DNA of 64,000 bases, taken from contig CAYZYT010000001.1 in assembly GCA_964482725.1 (NCBI GenBank), forward strand, positions 86,318 through 150,317, read 5' to 3'. The notes below the pieces were generated by a model. The model was not told the DNA's origin and searched no databases. It saw only the letters and a program-made list of their open reading frames with translations. Origin of the DNA: an uncultured bacterium (GTDB lineage: Bacteria; Omnitrophota; Omnitrophia; Omnitrophales; Aquincolibacteriaceae). The stretch's first letter is position 1, and each line of letters opens with the position of its first letter. This document shows, piece after piece, positions 9,201 through 17,394 of this stretch. A program made the translations under genes and the position numbers.

Positions 9201-12200
9201 AAGCAATGGCGGCCCCGACAGAAGTCAGCTGCATGAATTCGATCCGGAGACTCTTGAGTTTGCTAGCGAGAATCCCGGCAGGGCCTTCCCACAGAGGGTG
9301 ATCCATTTTTTTTAAAGCCAGGTAGGAAATATCCTTGATATAAAAAGCACCTGTTTTCCCCACTCCCGAAGACTGGCGAAAAACTTCGATCGTTACTTCC
9401 GCCTCCACCCCGGCCTTGTAAACCAATGGAAAATCGAATGTCTGGTAATCACTTCGGGTAGCGTCCACCTGAAAAGAATAAAGGGTAGACTGCTCGGAGG
9501 TCTTGAGTGTTAGTTGCAAAGTCTGGTTCCAATCCATCGAGGGATCTTTTTTGATCGTAAGAGTTAAAAAATCATAGTTTTCAATATTGACGGGAGTTGC
9601 GACATGCCGTGCAGACATTCCCAAAACGGGGCCGTTCAGATCCTGATAGTTGAATTGATAGCGCGCCAATGCGCCATCCCCAAAATCCCCCTCCACGGCC
9701 TGGGTAAGCTCACCGGGAGGAAGAGTTCCGGCACTAAAACCGACCACCGCATCCGCTCTTTCGAGCACATTGACAGGCGGTTCTTCCAAAATATGTGTTT
9801 TTTCGATCACGCGATCCGGCCGCTGCAGATACTCCGAAAGCTTCATGTATCGAGAGACGGTCTTCGAAGTCCCTGTTTGAGGATCCGGGACGGTTTCGAA
9901 AAAGCGAGCAAACGCGTTCGTGACCCTGCCCCCGGTAGGATCCAGATAATACGAGAAATAGGTGATCCCGTTCTGCGGGGTTTCAATGGCCTCTATGAGA
10001 TCCTTAGAATAAAAGACTTTTACGCCGCCTCCGACATCGGTCCCTTGCGATCCTGTCTGATCAATATCAAACCCGCCCCCTCCGACAAGCGCCACATGGG
10101 CCTTCGCGAGGTTCCCGTCATCGGCAAAAACAATGTCCGTCAGAGTGGCTGTGTCGGTTTGAATGGCATGGATTTGGCCTTGCTCAAAATCAACAACATA
10201 GCCGTCCTCCACAAGAGTTGTGAGTTGACCGCTCGCATCAAAGATCTTTTTACAGTCATTATCCTGGACGACAAAAGAACGGATCTCGCCCCGAAAACTC
10301 TGGTCGTAATAGAACCGTCCCGTTTCTAGTTTTCCGCGGGCCAGATCGATCACGAATGTCGCAAGCCCATTTTCAAAAAGGACCGTCCGACCGTTCCGGA
10401 ACACCCATTTCACGAGTTGTCCCTTTTGAAAATACTGGATCCCCCCGTCCGCCCGTCTGAGGACTCCCTGCACCAGCTTTCCATCCGAATCGACCGTAAA
10501 ATTCTCGAGAGTCTCCTTCTGCGCATAACCGCTTTCATAGCTGGCCTGATCGATAATCTTCTGCTGGATCAACGCACGGATCTCGGTTTCCGTCCTCCCG
10601 AGCAAAAGCTCCCATTGAATTTCATTTGAAGTTCTGACTTTCAAAGCTGAAAGTGGCCCCAGGAACAGATCGCCCGCGATAGGATTGCCGTCAAGGGGCT
10701 GGATCGAGATGGCCAGCTGGCTCATGGCGCCGGCAGGTTTCGGGATCGGAATGGAAATATACTGCCAGTCATAGGACAACGCACCCGTCAGGAAAACCTC
10801 GCCCATTCCCTTGAATTCGAATTTCAACCGAACATTTTCGGGCGTCCCGGGCGACAGCTTGACCGGGACAGAAAGAAAATCATATCCGGAAAGATCGAAT
10901 CCCGGGTAATTCGCCCAGATTCCCACGGGCTTCCCTGCCGACCGAAAATCAAAACTCAGATGCCTTACCTCCCCAAGACTGAGATCCATGGCGAGCATGC
11001 TCATCAAATGCCCCGACCCCGGCGTATAGAAAACTCCCTGGGACGAAGCTCGGTTTAAAATATCGCGTTGCAACCCGCCCAAAAGCGCGGTCGCGGAACC
11101 CGCGTGTTTTGGAGAAAGGCAATATTCCTGCAAATTGATCCTCCGGAGATTCTCTCCTTCCCCAAACTCGATCTCAACGTGATGGAATTTTCCACTCGGG
11201 GTCAAATAATTGAACACGCGCCCTGCTCCCCATTCCGGATCCACCAGCACAGGGACAAAAGCCTGTTGCTTGATGAGCCCCGCAGAAAGTCCATCCGGCA
11301 TGGCACTCGACCCGTCATAAAGCGGGGTCACAGTCTCGCCAAAATCAGGAGGCGGCAAGTTCGTTCGAATCGCAGGATTTAATTTGAAACTCAATCCTTG
11401 ATAAAGGGCATCAAAAGAGGATCGGACACCTGTCCGTCCCAGATATTTTTGAAAATAATTCCGGCTTGTATTCAGAAGGGAAAGAATAAAAGACGCCTGA
11501 TCCACACCGTAATACTGGTCGGAATAGACGGGGACCGTACTCATCACGGTTTCTCCGGTCTGGGGATCCTCCCGGGAAACTTTCCGGAGCTGGATCGCAT
11601 CAACAAAACCCGCGCCGGTCCGCATCTCCGGAAAATGAGACTCCATGTTTTTCAAAAATTGGAGTGTATAATGCGGCGCCAACGGAAAAGCGGCCGCGGT
11701 CCCATAAACAGACCCAGTATCCGTCCTTAAGAGATCGTCCGTTTCTGCAGCTCCGGGCAATCCTATCTTCCCCTGATAACCCTGCAACGGCACATCGCCG
11801 GCCGAAAGAAGACCCGGGATCCCCTGCGTGTTGACATATTCCGCTTGAGCGTAGAGAAAATTCCTCAGAGCGACTTCAAATTCCGGATATTGTGTTTCGT
11901 CCGCATGGATAAGCGGCCAGAACATCTGAAAGGCACCTCCGTCATAGGGCGTCGCCACATCGATCGTATCCCCGCTTTGAGTCTTAAAGGGACGGATCGC
12001 TATGTCCAGGTTCTTTAACGCGTCCTGGTATTGCGGATATTTTGCCGCAAGCCAGATCATTCCAGTCCTGAATTCGTTAAAAACACGGTCAATGTAATAA
12101 TTATTGATGAAATTCCATTGCCTTGTCCCCGCATCGAGGCCATACGCCCCGTGAAAACGTTTTTTACCAGGATCATAAAAAGCTGCATAGCCGGGTTCCT

Positions 12201-15200
12201 GCGCAGACAAGATCTCTTTGGCGCGATCAATGATCGCGTCCCGGTCGGCCGAAAGATCCGGGTCCAGGTCCATCGTCTCCAGAGCACCGATGACGCTGGC
12301 CAGACTCACGGCGAGATTTAAAGCATCCCCAAAGCCATACTGGTTAAAACAATTCTCGTAGCGATAGACCGTTCGGGTTTGACCGGTCGGAATTCCAAAA
12401 TCATCCAGTACGGGTTCTTGCTGTTCCGCGATCCCGAAAAAAGCAACCATCCCATTCCAACCGACCTGCCGCTGAACCTCACGGTAGGTATCGAGCAGCT
12501 TCTCGAGTTTTTCGAAAGCCTGCTGGCGGGACATTTTTTCCGTTCTATGATCTCCCGCCGCGATCGACGCAAGGATCTCTGCCCAAAACCCCACAAGCGT
12601 CGACTGACTGTAATCGGACTGCCGATCACTTGCTCCGGTGTAATGATCCACCGGAAGCCCTGTCCCGGCATGAAGCCCCTTTCCATCCACAAAATAATCC
12701 CATTGCGTGTCGATCAATTGATCCCGGTAAGTGATTTCAGTTCCGGTCAAAGGTTCCGCGGGAATGGCGGACTGAAGCTGAACCGCCGGAAGAGTCTCCT
12801 CCCCAAACTCCACCATTTGACCTGTCGCCGTCACCTGCTTCACGATCTCGCCCTCTTCAATGAAAGATTGGGTCCCATCCCTGAAAAGGATCTGTCCGGA
12901 AAAAATCGTTCCGTTCGAGTCAACGGTCAACGCGCGAAGCTGCGCTTCATTAAGATCAATCTGCGGAATAAAGAATTTCCCCGCTTCAAACTCCGGAAGG
13001 TCTGTGGGTTCTATCTGAGCAGAGGCCTCATAGCTATATCGGAACGGTACCCCACGATTAAATTCCATATAACTTCCGTCCGGCCAAGAAATATTATTGA
13101 TTTCGGTCAAACGCTCCGTCATCCCCTGCTGATTTTTATATTCGTAAACATAGTAGGTTCGCCCGTCATCGGTACGAATGATATTGGGGCTTACACTTAA
13201 AAAGCTGGTAACACTGCCCTGGGCATCTTCACAATAAATGATCCTGGATCCCCAATAAACTTCCTTGAAACCATCCGCTTTGATCCTCGTAAAACCCGTA
13301 AGCCGGTTCCCGTCCCAAGTAAGCTTCTCTAAAAAACTCCCGTCGTTTAAAGAAATCTCCTGAAGCGTGGAACCCGTGATCTGGAAAAGAGTGCCGTCGC
13401 TCAGACGGATCGCGATTAATCGTCCCGTCGCATCGTAGGCCTGCTCGATCCCCTCGCCGCCCCAGGTCATGGAAAGGAGATCCCGGTCTTCGGAGATCTG
13501 GCTTTGAACGGACAAAAGCTCCCCGGACGCATTTGTAAAAGACGTGGGCAGACCGTTTTGAAGTTCCAGGATTTCTCCATTCCCCGAAAAAACTTTACGG
13601 ATCGTGCCTGTCGGATCATAGTCGAGGATGCCACAAATGTCCTCTTCAAGAGTTTCTCGGACCGAAGGAAAACGCGCGAGATCGCCCAAAATATCCTGGA
13701 TTGAAGAGGAAGTACTGGTCCCCGCACGTGTCACAGAAACTAATTCGGACCGGTAGCCGGAAAGCTGCGTTCCTTCGGTGAGGATGGAAATTTCATAATT
13801 AAAAACATTCCCCGCGGCATCAACGAAGCTTTTCAAAAAACCATCCTGATAAAGAATGGACGCGCCATCCGTTTTTTGGACCCAAACAGGCCTTCCTTTT
13901 TCGTCATAAAGGCTGGCCCCTCCTTCCTCAGAGCTCAGGATCGAAATAACTTTTCCTGTCCCGTCGAGCCGATAGCTAAATCGGAACTTTTTGGAATCTT
14001 CCTCCATCACATACGCCACGGTGCCGTCATCGTTATAAACCGTCTTTTCGCCTTGAGGGCTCATCCGATAAACAGATTTCCCGTTCTCATAAAGTAGTTT
14101 GTCGCCGTTAGAGAAAAGAAGAACACCCCCAGTAAGATTTTTTTCAGCATCGAACTCAGGAGCAAAAAGCGTGTATTCGCTGGGTTTTTCGATAGCCAGA
14201 AGCCGGTCGCTCCGATATTTAAGGATCAATCCATTCGCCGCTGTTAACGATACAATATCCTGCAGGAGTTTCGGGACCGCGGGCATGAGGGAAAGCGTAT
14301 TTTCCGGCTGGCTCCAAGTAACAACATGCTCGCCAAAAGCCGGCAGCGCCCCAGAGGAAGCACACACCATAAGCCGGTTCTCTCCTGGCTGAAGTTTCCA
14401 GAATTCCTCCTGCTCAATACCGTTCACGGTATAACGAAGCGTATACGGTGAATGGTCGGTCACAGACGCTGATAAGAACTGGATCGTAGGCCGAACCGGA
14501 GCTACCACAAACCGGATCGTATCCGAAAAAGAGCCTACGTTCCCTGCAGCGTCGAGCAACTGGCATAAAACTTCTTTGTCCCCCTCCCCTTCGGGGAGCA
14601 TCACCACCTTCATCGGGCTAAAACTTTCCCACGGAGTCCAGTTCGTACCGTCATCCACAGAAATCCGAATATCCGTCAGAGGGGCAACGTCCTCCGCCTG
14701 GACATGGAGTACTGCAACGCGGGAGACGGTCTCTTGATCACCGTCATTGATTCTAAGCATGCCGCGAGGCGGCACTTGATCCAGAAGGACCGTCACGGTC
14801 TTAACGGCCTTATTTCCGAACATGTCTTCTGCTTCTAAGGTCAGGGGATTAAGCCCCTCACGCAATTGCCGGATCTCGCTTTTTTCAACACCCTCCACGG
14901 CATAGATCAGCTTATACGCGGGATCATTAACAAAGCTCTCCGAAACAAGCGTTATCTCAGGCGGCGTCCGATCCAAAACGATAGCCCCATTGTTATAAAA
15001 ATCCTCATACGAGCCTTCGCTATAGGTAATACGATACCCTTCGGTGGCTCCGTTATTTAAAATGGGTTGCAGGGTGTTGGCAACATTAAAGGAACTCGCA
15101 CGACCCAAAGCTTTTGATAACGCTAGAGGTAGAAAAGCTCCGCGCGCGAAGGCCGGAGATTCTTCGGGAATCGAGTAATCCGCATGAACCGGATCCGTGA

Positions 15201-16608
15201 ACCCTGGATCCGCGAGCATGTTCCCGCCCGTCCAGCCTTCTCCGGACGGGGAACTGATTGCGGGAGGAAGATGCCGCCCGGATGCATCCCCCCGTTCCCG
15301 GTCATGGAATAGAACGTTCCCTTCGACGAACGCAAATCCTTGCGAAGTTGAAGCCGCCTCTTCCCAAATGGATTGAACGGTCTGATGCGAAATGATATTG
15401 TTCTGAAGGAAAGGCGCCTCGCCGTTCGAGACTTCAATGCCGATCTTCCCCATAAAACTTTCAGCAGCCCTTACGCGGTACCATCTCGCCGAAACATCAA
15501 AGGGATGTCGTTCGGTCGTCGAACCGTCATCGATCCAGGCCGTCGTTTTAGACGGATCTACAAAAACGCGTTGGTCTTCAAGCATTCCGGAGGATGTTTT
15601 CTGCTTGGCACGCTTCCAGGTAACGCCACAATCATCAGAATATTCCACAAAGTAAGAATAATTCTCTCCCGAATCCCCTACTTCGATGCGGAATCCCTGT
15701 CCGGGAAGATAGCGGAGGAGTTTGATCCTGGGCGTAGGCACTTTATCAAAGCCCGTCATAGTATTGTAGCGAACCACATTGTTCTTCTTAGGGCTCTTCA
15801 CCGCCACATTCGTCCCCCAAAAAACATTCTCCTCGATCAAGACATGCTCCGCTTGCACCGCGACATAAACGCCCGCACTGACATTGAGCTTGATCAGATT
15901 CCCGCGAACCTTGACATCATCACCTTCGACCCTAATCGCGCCGACACTTCCCTCGGATCCATCCCGCGCCCCCGTCACGGTCAGAGTTTCAATCCGATTA
16001 TTTCCGAGCGCTCGGATCACGGAGACACCCGTCACATAATCACCATGAAGGATCGTCCTCTGGGCATCCTCTCCCTTTAAATTCACGCCCTGTTTAAGAT
16101 CGAGATGCGCAAAATAGAGACCTTCATGGAGAAGCACTGTATCCCCGGCCACCGCCTGATCGATCACTTGCTGGATCGATTCGCCTTCATAGACGTGCCG
16201 TATCGTATCCCCTGCCTGAAGGAGCTCCATCCGGAGCTTTCCATCCTGGCTGTAGATTTTATTGGGGTCGTTCTGCAGGGAAGTGTTCTGCGCCGGGGAA
16301 AGCGGCGATGTCGCGTTTAAAAGAAAATCGGTTGTCATGTTCGCGGAGACGGCAGAGGGCATCACGTCCCGCATCGTTTCCACGACATCGGCTGCGGGCT
16401 GAACCGGCTCTGTCTGATACTGTCCATAAGGCATCAGGCTGTCCGCCAGCACCATCTGGTTCGAGCTAAAAATCAACACCATGCAAAATGCGACGGCCCT
16501 AAGCTGGAGGCGAAAACAACTTAGCACGCCCGGGGCTTGATCTTTACGTTCGTGATGTCGTAGACCCGTCCAATGGACTGCGCTTGCATGCTCGTCATTT
16601 TTCTTCAC
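3274..16608 (-). CDS. Giant (~4444 aa) exported multidomain protein: beta-helix, Ig-like, YD/RHS-like repeats, glucoamylase-like domain, CBM-like modules, ILEI domain, C39-like domain, TM region, C-terminal alpha/beta hydrolase
   Basis: Single 13.3-kb ORF; likely GTG start at 16608 behind GAGGGGG; hydrophobic signal LRAVAFCMVLIFSSNQMVLA; motifs detailed in findings. Confidence 0.85.
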   Translation of the reverse strand: MKKNDEHASAVHWTGLRHHERKDQAPGVLSCFRLQLRAVAFCMVLIFSSNQMVLADSLMPYGQYQTEPVQPAADVVETMRDVMPSAVSANMTTDFLLNATSPLSPAQNTSLQNDPNKIYSQDGKLRMELLQAGDTIRHVYEGESIQQVIDQAVAGDTVLLHEGLYFAHLDLKQGVNLKGEDAQRTILHGDYVTGVSVIRALGNNRIETLTVTGARDGSEGSVGAIRVEGDDVKVRGNLIKLNVSAGVYVAVQAEHVLIEENVFWGTNVAVKSPKKNNVVRYNTMTGFDKVPTPRIKLLRYLPGQGFRIEVGDSGENYSYFVEYSDDCGVTWKRAKQKTSSGMLEDQRVFVDPSKTTAWIDDGSTTERHPFDVSARWYRVRAAESFMGKIGIEVSNGEAPFLQNNIISHQTVQSIWEEAASTSQGFAFVEGNVLFHDRERGDASGRHLPPAISSPSGEGWTGGNMLADPGFTDPVHADYSIPEESPAFARGAFLPLALSKALGRASSFNVANTLQPILNNGATEGYRITYSEGSYEDFYNNGAIVLDRTPPEITLVSESFVNDPAYKLIYAVEGVEKSEIRQLREGLNPLTLEAEDMFGNKAVKTVTVLLDQVPPRGMLRINDGDQETVSRVAVLHVQAEDVAPLTDIRISVDDGTNWTPWESFSPMKVVMLPEGEGDKEVLCQLLDAAGNVGSFSDTIRFVVAPVRPTIQFLSASVTDHSPYTLRYTVNGIEQEEFWKLQPGENRLMVCASSGALPAFGEHVVTWSQPENTLSLMPAVPKLLQDIVSLTAANGLILKYRSDRLLAIEKPSEYTLFAPEFDAEKNLTGGVLLFSNGDKLLYENGKSVYRMSPQGEKTVYNDDGTVAYVMEEDSKKFRFSYRLDGTGKVISILSSEEGGASLYDEKGRPVWVQKTDGASILYQDGFLKSFVDAAGNVFNYEISILTEGTQLSGYRSELVSVTRAGTSTSSSIQDILGDLARFPSVRETLEEDICGILDYDPTGTIRKVFSGNGEILELQNGLPTSFTNASGELLSVQSQISEDRDLLSMTWGGEGIEQAYDATGRLIAIRLSDGTLFQITGSTLQEISLNDGSFLEKLTWDGNRLTGFTRIKADGFKEVYWGSRIIYCEDAQGSVTSFLSVSPNIIRTDDGRTYYVYEYKNQQGMTERLTEINNISWPDGSYMEFNRGVPFRYSYEASAQIEPTDLPEFEAGKFFIPQIDLNEAQLRALTVDSNGTIFSGQILFRDGTQSFIEEGEIVKQVTATGQMVEFGEETLPAVQLQSAIPAEPLTGTEITYRDQLIDTQWDYFVDGKGLHAGTGLPVDHYTGASDRQSDYSQSTLVGFWAEILASIAAGDHRTEKMSRQQAFEKLEKLLDTYREVQRQVGWNGMVAFFGIAEQQEPVLDDFGIPTGQTRTVYRYENCFNQYGFGDALNLAVSLASVIGALETMDLDPDLSADRDAIIDRAKEILSAQEPGYAAFYDPGKKRFHGAYGLDAGTRQWNFINNYYIDRVFNEFRTGMIWLAAKYPQYQDALKNLDIAIRPFKTQSGDTIDVATPYDGGAFQMFWPLIHADETQYPEFEVALRNFLYAQAEYVNTQGIPGLLSAGDVPLQGYQGKIGLPGAAETDDLLRTDTGSVYGTAAAFPLAPHYTLQFLKNMESHFPEMRTGAGFVDAIQLRKVSREDPQTGETVMSTVPVYSDQYYGVDQASFILSLLNTSRNYFQKYLGRTGVRSSFDALYQGLSFKLNPAIRTNLPPPDFGETVTPLYDGSSAMPDGLSAGLIKQQAFVPVLVDPEWGAGRVFNYLTPSGKFHHVEIEFGEGENLRRINLQEYCLSPKHAGSATALLGGLQRDILNRASSQGVFYTPGSGHLMSMLAMDLSLGEVRHLSFDFRSAGKPVGIWANYPGFDLSGYDFLSVPVKLSPGTPENVRLKFEFKGMGEVFLTGALSYDWQYISIPIPKPAGAMSQLAISIQPLDGNPIAGDLFLGPLSALKVRTSNEIQWELLLGRTETEIRALIQQKIIDQASYESGYAQKETLENFTVDSDGKLVQGVLRRADGGIQYFQKGQLVKWVFRNGRTVLFENGLATFVIDLARGKLETGRFYYDQSFRGEIRSFVVQDNDCKKIFDASGQLTTLVEDGYVVDFEQGQIHAIQTDTATLTDIVFADDGNLAKAHVALVGGGGFDIDQTGSQGTDVGGGVKVFYSKDLIEAIETPQNGITYFSYYLDPTGGRVTNAFARFFETVPDPQTGTSKTVSRYMKLSEYLQRPDRVIEKTHILEEPPVNVLERADAVVGFSAGTLPPGELTQAVEGDFGDGALARYQFNYQDLNGPVLGMSARHVATPVNIENYDFLTLTIKKDPSMDWNQTLQLTLKTSEQSTLYSFQVDATRSDYQTFDFPLVYKAGVEAEVTIEVFRQSSGVGKTGAFYIKDISYLALKKMDHPLWEGPAGILASKLKSLRIEFMQLTSVGAAIASKTPVVYPPLAELLDIPTVLNYQNVLEGDGELVNFKRLDGTQVELRGQNVSRMTLPDGTVHEYAVSGNSSQGTIGAPGETSTGGTINYHYGALQKIIQTDGREYLLFYEFDADGQEITVFKDGLSGEERRFKDGKLLSATDPDQLQTRYSYENGKLIGAQMTYNSRALNSTQYAFVGDGTQVTDERGTTWFYDSNGDLIKHLTKDGFLYEYSDYTQAPGPEASFSEEDLPARLFSATGLRAVNLIGYEAQDGSQVLFDFKRDGTGEVTLAGGGHGVNLSFDSDQNILSGQIQFPDGLILEIERSVPVRGRFPDGQLFTIALPEAETYELLQDEMDRWTGIRLKIGEWFFSYDTAGRLTKTESASGVTHTFSYVLDALGLVTGYTHFERSQIAFNGVPFPKEVKLVSDTTQKLFDESGQEIAQHEGNGFLFAVYKAGMNQWDLCAGSFGSSGDRARIKNFLLGIKPGEAVAMAVSDGSFSQAGNEILTLLEGLGAAQIRQASVSNSPWTFFGAQGLGMGQGREKTGVGFFSTVEERSETVVVSGETKPLFLNTPMLLNIPLAVPEAYSPFLERYQKLKVSQDTQSTTVYDAQGQIIYTSRIDGMKAYYEFGKIRETYNTVGDLVAVHEYECPVGGCQDSNEAVLKKITLVKARSDFEAESQRFQQQIEQAKFDAYYRLAGQDEAARLQIKESVEAGARQISTQIAVLQAQRFRNVKTCRSFVFWKSCHEETFEVPGIQDAINRLAGQRSELIAVGEMQLAEIPGAVASKKSEIEQATAEKRQELEQKKQEFLLDVLRQEIEPIITDFFRRILGRDASRQEFDEWVNRSKTAGRLDTETLRSELQNSSEKATREAQKAAILGAVQSFLEEYLTASLEVRAQLLQNLKLDPSEAVSLTRQDTEKILGWLRSRDLHFGQSAFLSLQAMLASKGVNVSMDVIAKEAILIDILTGVIHKFSEGDLLISLFALDRTAAIHARNFSAGKYTFEDLRSMYRSACGSSAGACTLRMIAHIGEDHFVMLEKVTDAEVTYREAGKGTDGESVTITKEQFLKVWVSEDNAGPLLVSEEQAILEKALSDQEAMEIRGAFWFIFFFVASLVLTAASGVVSIFSPAFGKILGYAALVAGILGIVAGLGGFIVQGMQAVFSSIAQQSVFETIKQGFLYISKMLWDSVTYVGRFFQNGFVFLKECFSGGLNAIGSGLIKVKDFLLAPAQAIIKEGVTTGYAFSFAQNVARQLVAAGLTIGVSKGLEGLGLDSRLTQLAGAFVGGGFLGLGSATSSFMHAGLQHLAMQGVSEIALRRGLAPPFANLLSLVATQSLTAFFDPSLTLKAGLLQIAPHMASQLTLGGLELVSRSMGFDPRLMRLLGSPIAAITENIAGAFLGNGSIDFNPSGIFGFIKEAVLSRETLGGVLSVSAEFLMARWGLDDSLLGSFSSRVVAGLFGDFIASPTRFSVVDSLIKSVDESIYHSLDPAMLAQLFGSIRDLGFSEGLEQYAIALFTREALQEFTGAGESLSQWIERGMPSADDIIYAGESAKLLKLAKNGKTINFIYVPRGTRLEIRAIYEEYSNGRKPRLIRWDVDEEGRIIQVIVEERMPDGTTRRDLLDPKGLVREISFRDWTGETYGRLSFNASGAIEFTNYNLGISHYLTADGRFTFDFSIAPDLQDLNPLFYNFNTNLSSESVAQLVAFIFGNGFWNTHQSPDAVPGLIMEFINDLKSDQAEKGTPGIVLFDSDGNIARDRHGNILTTSSLPVTLYEETSLVGNVFRWMADTWFGCNFMRDEIERELKSYVDLIELNQREFGLDPNMKFTHFSHSGNFQPMIEALEHMPDDYRSRIKTLVVYEGPYVGDAIIDDPYLETLVRVRGVKPGLAVPLLDQRDFKIVDENGNVTALPNQCNIEILGAGHDDFSYDSSFEYGSAEEREIARKTSLFMRELSLASSNVVQLFDLLNGGRMGVSYDDTRKVYSIDPILFESRLEG

Positions 16609-16637
16609 GTCATCCCCCTCTCTAAAAATTTTTGGCT

Positions 16638-16677
16638 GTCCCGATACTGTCACTTTCAACAAAGTTGAAATTGGGGC
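16638..16677 (-). promoter_or_regulatory. Repeated palindromic leader motif, copy 1 (upstream of the giant gene)
   Basis: + strand GTCCC-N7-TCACTTTCA-acaaagt-TGAAATTGGGGC; matches copies at 25140 and 52900. Confidence 0.65.
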
Positions 16678-16937
16678 TGTCCAAGCCACCCTCTGGAAAA
16701 AGAAATCAAAAAGTTTGGACTGGCACGAACATAATCCCGGCGGGATGAAAAGGAAATCGAAAGGAGCGTGTTTTTTCGCGGAAAGATACTGAGAAACGCC
16801 TAGTGTCTATTAATGATAGAGGGCCCAAGGCGAACCGTATGCGAGGGGAACGAAGGGCAGTGAAAAGCCGTTTCTTCAGGGAAAGGGCAAAGCATGAACT
16901 CTAGGCTTCTATAGAAACGAGGACGCGCCGTACGGCC

Positions 16938-17135
16938 CTAAAGATGGACGCGGACGAGAGCGGGGACTTTCTTGGATTCGAGGAGGTCCATGATCTCGCT
17001 GATGTAGGTTTGAATATGCGGCGGGGGGTTGCCGTCAAAAAGGAGAAATAAATTCAAAAGGAAGCGACGAACTTCCGTCGCAAGTTTTTTATCCCTGATC
17101 TGCGCTAGGCGATATTCCAGTTCGTCCGACGACAT
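16938..17135 (-). CDS. Small hypothetical protein (65 aa)
   Basis: AAGGGAG RBS, amphipathic helical sequence, fills an intergenic gap. Confidence 0.55.
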   Translation of the reverse strand: MSSDELEYRLAQIRDKKLATEVRRFLLNLFLLFDGNPPPHIQTYISEIMDLLESKKVPALVRVHL

Positions 17136-17394
17136 TTGTCGTTCTCCCTTTTCTACTAGAAACCTAACACCTTATTTCAACATTTACAAGTCATCCAAAA
17201 ATTAGAAATAGCAATACATAGCATTAGCTATCTTTTTGAGAAATTCATCGGAGGGGGCCGAAAAATTACGCTGAAGAAAATATCCGGCGGTCCGATAATC
17301 CCTTAGAAGATTTAATTCTGCCTTGCATTGATTGAGCATGAAGATCTGTATTCAGAACACGCAGCCCACGCGCCCTAAGAAGGAGTTCCAAGTC

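Noticed and set aside
3496-16320. Many + strand ORFs of 60-270 aa
   Set aside because: Antisense shadows of the giant gene with no recognisable motifs; the same applies to shadow ORFs across the window.
16609-16689. ORF-track start of the giant gene at 16689
   Set aside because: A better RBS precedes GTG 16608, and the extension overlaps the repeated non-coding motif.
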